A stretch of 64,000 nucleotides of DNA from Nonlabens sp. Hel1_33_55 (lineage in GTDB: Bacteria > Bacteroidota > Bacteroidia > Flavobacteriales > Flavobacteriaceae): contig NZ_LT627735.1 in the NCBI RefSeq assembly GCF_900101765.1, forward strand, positions 2,331,344 through 2,395,343. The letters run 5' to 3'. Every line of letters begins with the position of its first letter. The first letter of the stretch is position 1. The notes under the pieces are model-generated. The model was not told the origin of the DNA, did no database searches, and saw only the letters and a list, made by a program, of their open reading frames with translations. A program made the position numbers and the translations under genes. Of this stretch, positions 44,690 to 53,850 are shown piece by piece.

Positions 44690-45457
44690 CTAGAATTCTG
44701 CCTTACGCTTTTCTAAAAAGGCCGTCGTTCCCTCGACAAATTCCTCAGTTCCAAAACAGCTTCCGAAATTATCGATCTCTACTTGATAACCGTCCGTTCC
44801 ATCAGTGTAGCCGGCATTGACGGCATCGATGGCAGCAGCTACGGCCATTGGGCTATTTTTAATGACCTTTCTGGCGAGATCATAGGTGAAGTCGAGCAAT
44901 TCTTCTTGAGCAACCACGTGGTTGACTAATCCATAAGTCAATGCCTGATTGGCATCAATCATTCCTGCCGTCATGATCATTTCCATGGCGCGACCTTTTC
45001 CAACCAATTGCGGCAAACGCTGCGTTCCACCATAACCTGGAATGACACCTAACGAGGTTTCTGGCAATCCCAATCGAGCATTATCGCTAGCAACTCTAAA
45101 GTGTGCCGCCATGGCAAGCTCTAAACCACCACCTAATGCAAAACCGTTCACAGCTGCTATAACTGGAGTGGCGCAATTTTCAACGACATCAAATAATTCC
45201 TGCTGTCCTCTTCCAGCCAACTTCTTTCCTTCCATCTCGTCATAGTCTGCGAATTCTGAAATATCTGCACCTGCAACGAAGGCCTTTTCACCAGATCCTG
45301 TGATCACGATTACTCGCACATCCTCATTTTCCTCCAAATCTGCAAACGCGGTTCCTAATTCTTCAATGGTTTCCCTATTAAGCGCATTCAGCTTTTTGGG
45401 TCTGTCGATGGTGATTGTTGCGATGCGATTATCTATGTCTACTTGGATGTTGTTCAT
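44690..45457 (-). CDS. Enoyl-CoA hydratase/isomerase family protein
   Basis: Crotonase fold: VIVITGSGEKAFVAGADI ... AAVNGFALGGGLELAMA. Confidence 0.8.
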   Translation of the reverse strand: MNNIQVDIDNRIATITIDRPKKLNALNRETIEELGTAFADLEENEDVRVIVITGSGEKAFVAGADISEFADYDEMEGKKLAGRGQQELFDVVENCATPVIAAVNGFALGGGLELAMAAHFRVASDNARLGLPETSLGVIPGYGGTQRLPQLVGKGRAMEMIMTAGMIDANQALTYGLVNHVVAQEELLDFTYDLARKVIKNSPMAVAAAIDAVNAGYTDGTDGYQVEIDNFGSCFGTEEFVEGTTAFLEKRKAEF

Positions 45458-45668
45458 GGCTTGGGTATTTGATTATGCTCAAAGTTACAGAGAATCTGTG
45501 AGTTTAAACGTTAGCAAAAAATGAAGAAAATTACTTAGACCTGCACATCACAAGGCGCAGAATGAATTCCGCATCTTATGATTGAGATCCACTTAGTTGA
45601 TGACTTTCACCGAACTGATTTGGAAATTGAGGTTTGGAGCTTGGAGCTTTAAGTTTAGAGTATGGAAC

Positions 45669-47123
45669 TTACTTGATCCGTGGCAAACAAACAGTAAAGG
45701 TGGTACCTGATCCATATTCCGTTTGCATGGTGATATTCCCGTTAAAATTTTCTACGATCTGTTTTACCATGGCCAGTCCTAATCCCATGCCGCTATTCTT
45801 AGTGGTAAATTTAGGTTCGAAGATTTTAAATTCATTTTCTGGTGCAACACCGGTGCCGTTATCAGTGACCTTTAAATAGATATTAGATTCATCGTGAGTT
45901 ACTGATACAGTTATTTCAGGATCACGATCATCATGCGCCGCTTGCATCGCGTTTTTAACGAGATTTGTTACCACACGTATCAATTGGGTACGATCAAATA
46001 TGGCCGTGAGCTCCTCAGAATCTTCATAATACTCTATATGAGAATCATTGAAAATATCTAGTGCAAGCTGAGTAATCTTAGGTACATTGGTTTCTTCAGA
46101 TTGCTGTGCTGGCATGGTAGCGTAGGTTGAAAATGCACTAGCTATATTACTCATGACATCGATTTGCTCAATGAGCGAGTTGGAGTATTCGGCAAGTTTT
46201 TCTTTTGCCTCTGGATCTTGCGGGTCAAAACGTCTTTCAAAACTTTGCACCGTCAATCGCATGGGCGTTAGCGGGTTTTTGATTTCATGCGCCACCTGTT
46301 TAGCCATCTCGCGCCAGGCTTGTTCGCGCTCATTAGTAGCTAGTTTCACGGCACTTTCTTCCAGCTCATCCACCATGCCGTTATAGGATTCTACAAGAGT
46401 GTTGATCTCTTCAGTTCCTGATACGTCCACGTTGATCTTTTTGTTGCGTTTGGCGATATTCAAGCTCTTGATTCCGTCACTAATCAAGCGTATAGATCTA
46501 GTCACGTATTTAGAAAGTAAATAAGCAATCAAGATCGAGAACAAAATCATGAGGATGTAAACGATCCCTATTCTATATAGAAATTCCCGCAACTCATAAT
46601 TAATAAACCCATCATTCTCGAGATAAGGCAAATGAATAATCGCGATATTCTTGAACTGGTCGTCTTTTAAATAGGTATAACTCGCACGGTAATGCTTGCC
46701 GTGCTCATCAAACTGCACCACGTAACGACCGGTATCAGAATCGCGCAGGTTATTGAGGACATCATCGTCCAGTCGTCTGGTCTTGCTATCGGTCAATTTT
46801 TTACTACTGGTCTTGATCAGGCGACCGCGCAGATCGTACATACGAACCGGCAACGCATGAATGTCACTGATATCAAAAATGACATCCCTAAAGATGATGG
46901 GCAAATTTGCTGTGGTAATCGCAAAATCAGTCCTGTTGAGCTCGTACTTAAAGCTCTCTAGAATAGCTTCTTCCTTACGTTCCAGCCGCTCGTTATGGTA
47001 ATCCTTTCCCTGTTCAGAATACTGGTAAATGGACATCCCAGCAATAAGAATACTGGAGATAAGAGTCAGCAGGATCATGGAGAAAAATATCCTGTTGCGC
47101 AGACTGTTTCGGTACAATTTCAT
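45669..47123 (-). CDS. Sensor histidine kinase (two TM segments, HAMP, HisKA, HATPase_c)
   Basis: H-box VAHEIKNPLTPM, N-box LVKNAMQA, G-boxes DNGTGV and GMGLGLAMV. No response regulator is adjacent. Confidence 0.75.
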   Translation of the reverse strand: MKLYRNSLRNRIFFSMILLTLISSILIAGMSIYQYSEQGKDYHNERLERKEEAILESFKYELNRTDFAITTANLPIIFRDVIFDISDIHALPVRMYDLRGRLIKTSSKKLTDSKTRRLDDDVLNNLRDSDTGRYVVQFDEHGKHYRASYTYLKDDQFKNIAIIHLPYLENDGFINYELREFLYRIGIVYILMILFSILIAYLLSKYVTRSIRLISDGIKSLNIAKRNKKINVDVSGTEEINTLVESYNGMVDELEESAVKLATNEREQAWREMAKQVAHEIKNPLTPMRLTVQSFERRFDPQDPEAKEKLAEYSNSLIEQIDVMSNIASAFSTYATMPAQQSEETNVPKITQLALDIFNDSHIEYYEDSEELTAIFDRTQLIRVVTNLVKNAMQAAHDDRDPEITVSVTHDESNIYLKVTDNGTGVAPENEFKIFEPKFTTKNSGMGLGLAMVKQIVENFNGNITMQTEYGSGTTFTVCLPRIK

Positions 47124-47197
47124 GGCATTAAATGTAGCAATTATTAAGCCAGTCGTATCGCGATGATGGATTTGAAAATTTAAGATGGGTTTAGTTA

Positions 47198-47213
47198 CGC
47201 TTTCGCGAAAGCG
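47198..47213. repeat. 16-bp palindrome (perfect), in the divergent HK / AKR promoter region
   Basis: Exact match; about 30 bp upstream of the AKR ATG. Confidence 0.95.
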
Positions 47214-47241
47214 CCATTATCTTCAACATCAAAACAAGATT

Positions 47242-48339
47242 ATGGCTTTGGAGAGATATTACACATTGGGAAATACCGGGTTGCGCGTGAGTCGTCTGGC
47301 GCTGGGAACCATGACCTTTGGTGAAGAATGGGGTTGGGGAAATGATAAGAAAGTTGCCCAGCAAATATTTGATTACTATCTGGATCACGGCGGGAATTTT
47401 GTGGACACCGCAGACATGTATACGGAAGGCACCAGTGAGGAACTGCTAGGCGAATTCATGCAGCAGCGCGGGAATCGCGAGGAAATTGTGCTGGCTACCA
47501 AGTTCACTTTCAACACGAGCAAAAACAAGCACGTCAACGGTGGTGGAAACTCTCGCAAGAACATACGCCGTACGGTAGAAGAATCTCTCAAGCGACTGAA
47601 AACAGATTACATCGATCTCTACATCATGCACGTTTGGGATCGCATGACTCCAGCCGAAGAAGTGATGCGCACCCTAAACGATCTTGTTGCAGAAGGTAAA
47701 ATATTGCACTACGCGCTATCCAATGTTCCGTCGTGGTACGCCAGCAAAGCACAGATGATAGCACGCTACAATAATTACGAACCAGTAAGCGCCCTGCAGC
47801 TGGAATATTCACTTACCCAGCGTAATATTGAACATGAGTATATTGATTTGTGTCAGCAAACAAACACCGGCATCATGGCGTGGTCACCGCTAGGTGGCGG
47901 TTTACTTTCTGGTAAGTACAAACCAGGAATTGATGAGCAGGAAGATGTAGAAGGCCGACTCAAGCATATCGTCGATAATGGTGGAGAGGTCAGTTCCAAG
48001 GACAATGAGCGCAACTGGAACATCGTGAAAACTCTGCATGAAGTAAGTGAGGAAATCAACCAGCCTATGGCGAGTATCGCACTCAACTGGACCGCTAATA
48101 GACCTAGTGTTGCTAGCGTTCTTGTAGGTGCCACTAAAATGAGCCAGATAGAAGCCAACATGAAGGCATTGGATTTTGAAATCCCTACGGATCTACTTCA
48201 AAAATTGAATGATGTTAGTGCACCACCTGTAGAATATCCTTATTCCTTTTTCCAGCCAAAAACACAGCAACGTATCTATCCTGATACTAAGGTTGGTTTA
48301 AAGCCTGATAGTTACTGGAAGGATTTGAGGATTGGGTAG
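47242..48339 (+). CDS. Aldo/keto reductase
   Basis: MALERYYTLGNTGLRVSRLALGTMTFG ... DTADMY is AKR. The ORF is open from 47185; the likely start is 47242. Confidence 0.8.
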   Translation: MALERYYTLGNTGLRVSRLALGTMTFGEEWGWGNDKKVAQQIFDYYLDHGGNFVDTADMYTEGTSEELLGEFMQQRGNREEIVLATKFTFNTSKNKHVNGGGNSRKNIRRTVEESLKRLKTDYIDLYIMHVWDRMTPAEEVMRTLNDLVAEGKILHYALSNVPSWYASKAQMIARYNNYEPVSALQLEYSLTQRNIEHEYIDLCQQTNTGIMAWSPLGGGLLSGKYKPGIDEQEDVEGRLKHIVDNGGEVSSKDNERNWNIVKTLHEVSEEINQPMASIALNWTANRPSVASVLVGATKMSQIEANMKALDFEIPTDLLQKLNDVSAPPVEYPYSFFQPKTQQRIYPDTKVGLKPDSYWKDLRIG

Positions 48340-48398
48340 TGGTGTGATCACTTCGACTTCGCTCAGGGACCTTAAACTTTTATATAAATGAGTTAAGC

Positions 48399-48437
48399 AA
48401 AAACTCCCATCAAGGCTGGCCTTGATGGGAGTTTTTG
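48399..48437. terminator. Bidirectional rho-independent terminator
   Basis: AAAACTCCCATCAAGG-CTGG-CCTTGATGGGAGTTTTT between convergent genes. Confidence 0.7.
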
Positions 48438-48451
48438 AATTGCATCTAAAA

Positions 48452-48895
48452 TTATAAATCGTCTAGATAAAACATACTGTCGTAACTGCAATACATATCT
48501 GAACAAGAGCGCTTTCCTTCCTCCATTACCTGATAGGTATGCTCACCATTCTTTAAGTCATGGTTAGTAACGTAGACTGTTAATTGATGAGAAACCCCTT
48601 CATTTGCCTCATTCTCTTCTGTTTCAATGCCTTTAAGAGGTCTACTATCTGCAAAATAAAGTGTTGAAGTCAAAATACACTCTTTGAATGCATGTTGCTG
48701 AAAGACCTTAACGATCTCATCACCTTTTTTCCAGATTTTGGTAATTGAGGTTTCAGTGGAATCTACACTCTTGGAAAATGAAGATAGATTTTCATTTATC
48801 TCTATAATTTGCCTGTCAATTATCTCTGCATTTTGAGCAACAGCAATTGACGCAGCACCCGATAAAAACAAGAAAAGAACAAAAGATTTCATCAA
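48452..48895 (-). CDS. Secreted hypothetical protein
   Basis: Signal peptide MMKSFVLFLFLSGAASIAVAQ; no recognised domain. Confidence 0.4.
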   Translation of the reverse strand: MMKSFVLFLFLSGAASIAVAQNAEIIDRQIIEINENLSSFSKSVDSTETSITKIWKKGDEIVKVFQQHAFKECILTSTLYFADSRPLKGIETEENEANEGVSHQLTVYVTNHDLKNGEHTYQVMEEGKRSCSDMYCSYDSMFYLDDL

Positions 48896-48914
48896 TTTAA
48901 CTTTGATTAAAAAT

Positions 48915-48950
48915 AAAAAAAGTCCTTGAAAATTTTCAAGGACTTTTTTA
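48915..48950. terminator. Rho-independent terminator (palindromic, A/T-flanked)
   Basis: AAAAAGTCCTTGAAAATTTTCAAGGACTTTTTT. Confidence 0.6.
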
Positions 48951-49952
48951 TTACGATACCAATGCCGGCTGCACCCATTTGAATTTATGGGATTCTGCAG
49001 GGATTTTCATGCGTTGAGCGATGCGTTCCATGCGTGATGGTAGTTTCATCAAATAATCACGGGCTTTTTCAGCATCTTCTGTAAGATCGTTCATGTTGGA
49101 AATATCCCAAGTGTCGATCAAGTTTTGAAGGATGTCAATATAATCTTGTGCTGTGTAAACACCTATGCGCTGTGCGCTGTTAGAAAAGTCTTCAAATGCT
49201 GCTCCTATCGTCTGGCCTGATTCACGTAAAAAGTGTGCAGGCATTACGATCTTGTGTACCATCATTTCTTTGAAGGCGATCATCATGTTGCTAGGATCTA
49301 CCTTAAAAATCTCATCCACAAATGTGGAGTAAGCTTTATGGTGACGCATCTCGTCTCCAGAGATAATACGACACATGCGTGATAGTGCTGTGTTCCCGTA
49401 TTCACGAGCCATTTTTGCCACACGGTTATGTGATATGTATGTAGCCAATTCCTGGAAACTGGTATAGACGAAATTCTTATAAGGATCACGATCTGTTCCT
49501 ATATCAAAACCATCTGCGATCAAGTGCTGTGTCGTTATTTCTACCTCACGCATGTTCACGCGTCCTGACAAATAAAGGTATTTATTGAGGACATCACCGT
49601 GGCGATTCTCTTCAGACGTCCATTGACGCACCCATTTTGACCAGGCATTTCCTTTTCCTTCCATCTGATTAATACCTTCCACATCCATTAACCAGGATTC
49701 GTAAGTTGGTAGTGCTTCTTCAGTAATTGTGTCACCTACAAGGGTTACCCAAAAGTCATAAGGCAATTCTTTAGCCAGCTCTCTCATCTCCTTCAATTTA
49801 TCCAAAAATCCATCTGCTTGGGAATCAGGAAGAAAATCTGTAGGCTGCCATATTTTTTCCACAGGAATAAGGAATTTATCCATGAAGGACTCCACTTTGG
49901 ACTCCAGCGATTGCATAACTTCTATGCGAATATTTTTAAGAGGTGTTATCAT
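48951..49952 (-). CDS. Acyl-ACP desaturase (soluble diiron, ferritin-like)
   Basis: Diiron carboxylate motifs (EENRHGD ... SGDEMRHHKAY), homologous to plant-type stearoyl-ACP desaturase. Confidence 0.75.
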   Translation of the reverse strand: MITPLKNIRIEVMQSLESKVESFMDKFLIPVEKIWQPTDFLPDSQADGFLDKLKEMRELAKELPYDFWVTLVGDTITEEALPTYESWLMDVEGINQMEGKGNAWSKWVRQWTSEENRHGDVLNKYLYLSGRVNMREVEITTQHLIADGFDIGTDRDPYKNFVYTSFQELATYISHNRVAKMAREYGNTALSRMCRIISGDEMRHHKAYSTFVDEIFKVDPSNMMIAFKEMMVHKIVMPAHFLRESGQTIGAAFEDFSNSAQRIGVYTAQDYIDILQNLIDTWDISNMNDLTEDAEKARDYLMKLPSRMERIAQRMKIPAESHKFKWVQPALVS

Positions 49953-49994
49953 TTAAAAACTTTGATTTATAAAGGTAAGATTTTGAGCTTAGTA

Positions 49995-50010
49995 CGCTTT
50001 CGCGAAAGCG
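49995..50010. repeat. 16-bp palindrome (perfect), upstream of the desaturase gene
   Basis: Exact match; about 45 bp upstream of the start at 49952 (minus strand). Confidence 0.95.
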
Positions 50011-50033
50011 AAACATTAACAACTTTTCCGCAT

Positions 50034-50777
50034 TTAAACGGCAGTTGAAGTGATACTATTATGTACCACAGATTGTGCCGCTTCTATAATTTCGTTGGGA
50101 TCCTTACTCGCGATAGGCATAGGTTTGTGAACCGTCACGCTTATGTGATTCCCTATCCCAAAGGGAAACTTACCATATCTGTCGACTTTCCAGCTATTGT
50201 TTACAGTCACGGGCACCACAATAGCATCAGGAACCTGACTAAATATAGTCAACAAACCACCACGCTGGAAGGGTTTAGGCACGCCGGTCCGGCTGCGTGT
50301 ACCTTCTGCAAAAATTACGACGCTGCGGTTTTTCTCATGAACGTTTTTTGCAAAAGCCGTCAATGCTTTTAGGGATTGCAGGCGATCCTTGCGGTCAATA
50401 GCGCAGTTCTCGCCTATTCTAAGGTTGAGCGATATGCTGGGAATATTTTTTGCCAGCTCCTTTTTTGCCACAAACTTGGGGTAATATTTCCTTAGGTAAT
50501 AGATCAACGGTGGTATGTCAAACATACTCTGGTGATTGCTCACAAAAATATAAGACGGCCCAATAGGTAAATCCTGCTCGTATTTAATGCTAAATGTATT
50601 GAATAGCGGTAGTTGCGTTCCCATCAAACACAAGTTGAGGATTGCCACACTTTTTTGATGCAAGTCATGTCCACCTATCCAGTGACAAATCAACTGAATA
50701 GGATGAAAGATCAACAACATCAGGAAAAAAAGCACCAGATGTATGACCGACAGCGGATAGGAAAGAATTTTCTGCAT
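50034..50777 (-). CDS. plsC: 1-acyl-sn-glycerol-3-phosphate acyltransferase
   Basis: HX4D motif NHQSMFD and FAEGTRS. The ORF is open to 50981 through the heptamer SSR (artefactual MELGTWN repeats); the likely start is the Met at 50777 (MQKILSYPLSV). Confidence 0.75.
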   Translation of the reverse strand: MQKILSYPLSVIHLVLFFLMLLIFHPIQLICHWIGGHDLHQKSVAILNLCLMGTQLPLFNTFSIKYEQDLPIGPSYIFVSNHQSMFDIPPLIYYLRKYYPKFVAKKELAKNIPSISLNLRIGENCAIDRKDRLQSLKALTAFAKNVHEKNRSVVIFAEGTRSRTGVPKPFQRGGLLTIFSQVPDAIVVPVTVNNSWKVDRYGKFPFGIGNHISVTVHKPMPIASKDPNEIIEAAQSVVHNSITSTAV

Positions 50778-50853
50778 CCTGCAAAGATAGGATGCTTTGC
50801 GATGTGTGATTGCGATTGGGTCAGGAATCAGTATGCGTGCATAGTAAATTGCC

Positions 50854-50986
50854 GAGTTCCGAGTTCCGAGTTCCGAGTTCCAAGTTCCAAGTTCCAAGTT
50901 CCAAGTTCCAAGTTCCAAGTTCCAAGTTCCAAGTTCCAAGTTCCAAGTTCCAAGTTCCAAGTTCCAAGTTCCAAGTTCCAAGTTTA
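50854..50986. repeat. Heptanucleotide tandem repeat (GAGTTCC)4(AAGTTCC)14 plus one degenerate unit
   Basis: 18 perfect 7-bp units read directly from the sequence, 77-210 bp upstream of the probable plsC start on the minus strand. Confidence 0.9.
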
Positions 50987-51067
50987 TAAAATATTTACTC
51001 GCAAATTAGAATGTGCTTCTTCACACCCAAACTTTTCAAACCTTTGTAACAAACTATCACAAAATAA

Positions 51068-51095
51068 AAACGCATCCCTTTTTGGAATGCGTTTC
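51068..51095 (-). terminator. Probable terminator downstream of the bacilliredoxin gene
   Basis: The minus-strand hairpin AAACGCATTCC-AAAAAGGG-ATGCGTTT is followed by a U-run. Confidence 0.4.
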
Positions 51096-51118
51096 TGATA
51101 TTTAAACGATTACTATTT

Positions 51119-51529
51119 CTAGCAGTTCTCGTTGTAGGCTCCTTTGAGGTTTTCTGCAATCATTTCTGCTGGGCGACCTTCAATGTGGTGACGCTCTAGC
51201 ATGTGCACCAGTTCACCATTTTTAAACAATGCCATACTAGGTGAACTAGGAGGAAATGGGACCATCGCGCTTCTTGCTGCATCAACCGCCTCGCGATCTA
51301 CACCTGCAAAAACCGTTACGATATTATCTGGCTTCTTGGAATTATCAAGAGACATCTTTGCTCCTGGACGTGCATTTGCTGCAGCACAACCACAAACGGA
51401 ATTCACAACTACTAAAGTTGTTCCCTCTTGATTGATGGCTTTGTTTACTGCGTCTGCTGTATATAAATGTTCAAAACCTGCGTTACCTAAATCGTCGCGC
51501 ATGGGTTGAACTAATTCTGCTGGGTACAT
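51119..51529 (-). CDS. Bacilliredoxin BrxA/BrxB (YphP/YqiW, DUF1094) family
   Basis: MYPAELVQPMRDDL...TTLVVVNSVCGCAAANARPGA...PSSPSMALFKNGELVHMLERHHIEG is closely similar to B. subtilis BrxA/BrxB. Confidence 0.75.
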   Translation of the reverse strand: MYPAELVQPMRDDLGNAGFEHLYTADAVNKAINQEGTTLVVVNSVCGCAAANARPGAKMSLDNSKKPDNIVTVFAGVDREAVDAARSAMVPFPPSSPSMALFKNGELVHMLERHHIEGRPAEMIAENLKGAYNENC

Positions 51530-51616
51530 AATTTAAATTTTTTCAAAGTTATGGATTGCTTGACTTCCTGCTATTACCGTACCATCGTTTTAAACTATGA
51601 CACATTAGCATTTGAC

Positions 51617-52126
51617 TTATTCCTCTTCTTCAAGGAGTTCGTCTAGTTCTTTTTTGTAGAGCGTTTCTGCAAGATCTTCTGCGGTGCGCTCATATAGGTT
51701 TTCAATTTCTGGATCTGCACCGTGTTCTACAAGAAGACGCACTAATTTGAAGTCGCCTTTTGAATTCATGAGCGCCACCCACAATGGACCATTCTCATGC
51801 TCGTCCAATAGATTGGGATCTGCAAAATTATTGAGTAAAAGCTGTGCGGTACCTGTTTGCTTGTTCAAACTGCAATGGTGCAGCGCACTGTATCCTATCT
51901 TGTCCTGGTGGTTGGTGTCTGCTCCTTTTTTAATAAGTTCTGCCATGAGGTCTTCCTTACCAAAAAAAGCGGCGTGCATCAATGCCGTCCTGCCATCAGA
52001 ATCCTTAGCATCCACACCGTGGTCATCTAATAATTTGTTTAATTCTTCTGTCGCATCGCGATCCACAAGACTGCGCATACGTCTCAACGCATCGAAGGGA
52101 ACCAATGGTTGTTTTTCTTTTGCCAT
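51617..52126 (-). CDS. Ankyrin-repeat protein
   Basis: At least three ANK repeats (GRTALMHAAFFGKEDLMAELIKKGADTN ...). The start is trimmed to the Met at 52126 to remove overlap with the HIT gene. Confidence 0.65.
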   Translation of the reverse strand: MAKEKQPLVPFDALRRMRSLVDRDATEELNKLLDDHGVDAKDSDGRTALMHAAFFGKEDLMAELIKKGADTNHQDKIGYSALHHCSLNKQTGTAQLLLNNFADPNLLDEHENGPLWVALMNSKGDFKLVRLLVEHGADPEIENLYERTAEDLAETLYKKELDELLEEEE

Positions 52127-52127
52127 T

Positions 52128-52529
52128 TTATTTATAACTGTTATTAAATCTTTCTTGAATTTTATCTGCAAGTTCCTGCATCTCAGTATTTTCGAGCGTT
52201 ACTTTATTGTTAAATCGCATGTCTTCCATGTCTCGCAGCGGTATCAAGTGCACATGAACATGCGGCACTTCCAATCCTATGACAGACATGCCTATACGTT
52301 TACAGGTCACTTCTTCACGCAAACACAACGCTACCTGTCGGGAAAATTGCATGAGCCTGGTGTAAATGTCTTCCTCTAGGTCAAAAAGTTTATTGACCTC
52401 AACCTTTGGGACGCAAAGTGTGTGTCCAGGTGCGTTGGGATTGATGTCGAGAAAAGCGTAGAAATCATCAGTTTCTGCAACCTTATAAGACGGTATTTCT
52501 CCAGAAATGATTTTAGTGAATATGCTCAT
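52128..52529 (-). CDS. HIT-family (histidine triad) hydrolase
   Basis: HVHVHLIP histidine-triad motif. Confidence 0.75.
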   Translation of the reverse strand: MSIFTKIISGEIPSYKVAETDDFYAFLDINPNAPGHTLCVPKVEVNKLFDLEEDIYTRLMQFSRQVALCLREEVTCKRIGMSVIGLEVPHVHVHLIPLRDMEDMRFNNKVTLENTEMQELADKIQERFNNSYK

Positions 52530-52531
52530 GA

Positions 52532-53008
52532 TTAATCTCTGCTTATTTCCAGAATTTCTAGCTTGATAGTTCCTACGGGTACAGTAACCTCTGCCGTGTC
52601 ACCTACTTCCTTTCCTAGCAATCCTTGACCAATTGGAGAATCGACACTTATGTGACCTTTAGAAAGATCTGCCTCGCTTTGTGCCACAAGTTTGTAGTTC
52701 ATCACCATGTTATTGTTATGGTTTTTGATCTTGACAGTACTATGAATCAACGCTTTTGATAAATCAAGCGTATTCTCGTCAATAATACGTGCATTAGACA
52801 CAATAGCTTCCAACTTTGAAATGCGCATCTCGAGCATTCCTTGAGCTTCTTTTGCAGCATCATATTCTGCGTTTTCACTCAGGTCACCTTTGTCTCGCGC
52901 TTCGCCAATTGCCTGCGACGCCGCAGGTCTCTCGACGTCCTTCAATTGCTTCAGTTCGTCCTTTAATTTCTTAAGTCCTTCTTCTGTATAGTATGAAACG
53001 TTACTCAT
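52532..53008 (-). CDS. greA: Transcription elongation factor GreA
   Basis: 158 aa with an N-terminal coiled coil and a C-terminal FKBP-like domain (DSPIGQGLLGKEVGD). Confidence 0.85.
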   Translation of the reverse strand: MSNVSYYTEEGLKKLKDELKQLKDVERPAASQAIGEARDKGDLSENAEYDAAKEAQGMLEMRISKLEAIVSNARIIDENTLDLSKALIHSTVKIKNHNNNMVMNYKLVAQSEADLSKGHISVDSPIGQGLLGKEVGDTAEVTVPVGTIKLEILEISRD

Positions 53009-53087
53009 GATAAATAATGTTTAGTTGTTTGTAGGATAAGGTCACATTCGTTCTTCAAATGCACTCAGTATGAACTTGTTTTGATAT

Positions 53088-53103
53088 CGCTTTCGCGAAA
53101 GCG
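53088..53103. repeat. 16-bp palindrome (perfect), in the divergent greA / lipoprotein promoter region
   Basis: Exact match. Confidence 0.95.
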
Positions 53104-53244
53104 AAACAATCATTCCAACTTCCCTTTACAGAGACACAGGTCTCTACAAAACAGAAAATCCCACGATTGCTGCGGGATTTCTATGCAAATATACGAAATA
53201 TGGAAATGAACGTTATACTTTTAGCATCTTAGCACCATTCCTTT

Positions 53245-53673
53245 ATGAAAAAGATATTGCTTGTTTTATCTGTTTTGGCACTTTTTGCCTGTCAAAGTGA
53301 TGACGATATCAGACGCAATCCATTTCTTGTCGATATATCTTTCCAAATAGCGCTCAACACAGATTTACCACAATATTCCAGTCTTAATTTTGCCAATAAT
53401 TTTGTGGTTGTCAATAGTCAAGGAATACGCGGTCTTGTGGTATTTCATTTAGGTAATGATCAGTTCGTCGCCTATGAATTGAGTGATCCCAATCACTCGC
53501 CCAGTTCCTGTTCTGCCATGAATATTGAAGGTATTATTGCCACCTGTCCATGTACAGATGATGACAACACCTACAACATCATCGACGGGCGCCATCAAAC
53601 CGATCCCAATTTATTTCCCATGAAACCTTATCGTGTCAGTCGCCAGGGAACTAATGTGGTGGTTTCTAATTAA
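53245..53673 (+). CDS. Hypothetical lipoprotein
   Basis: Lipobox LALFAC; Cys-rich; 142 aa. Confidence 0.4.
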   Translation: MKKILLVLSVLALFACQSDDDIRRNPFLVDISFQIALNTDLPQYSSLNFANNFVVVNSQGIRGLVVFHLGNDQFVAYELSDPNHSPSSCSAMNIEGIIATCPCTDDDNTYNIIDGRHQTDPNLFPMKPYRVSRQGTNVVVSN

Positions 53674-53850
53674 TGGGTAGTTGCTTCTAATTTTATTATA
53701 TAATTAGCCATCACCATTCTCAGTATTACCTTGACTTAAGATCACTACAAGACCACACTATTATCCACCAAATTATTACAAGAAAAAACCGATCATCAGC
53801 GTGGCTAATAATCGGTTTGGGATTGGATAATTTGTTTTTGTAATTAGCTC

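Noticed and set aside
45591-45660. Short direct repeats GGAGCTT GGAGCTT and GAGG/TTTGGA motifs downstream of the histidine kinase
   Set aside because: Only two units, with no structure or conservation evident; likely chance.
50862-50981. N-terminal MELGTWNLELGTWN... repeats of the track ORF 50034..50981; also considered as a possible CRISPR-like array
   Set aside because: They are simply the 7-bp SSR read in-frame (7x3 = 21 nt gives a 7-aa period). There are no spacers, so it is not a CRISPR array. The conserved PlsC N-terminus begins at the downstream Met (50777).
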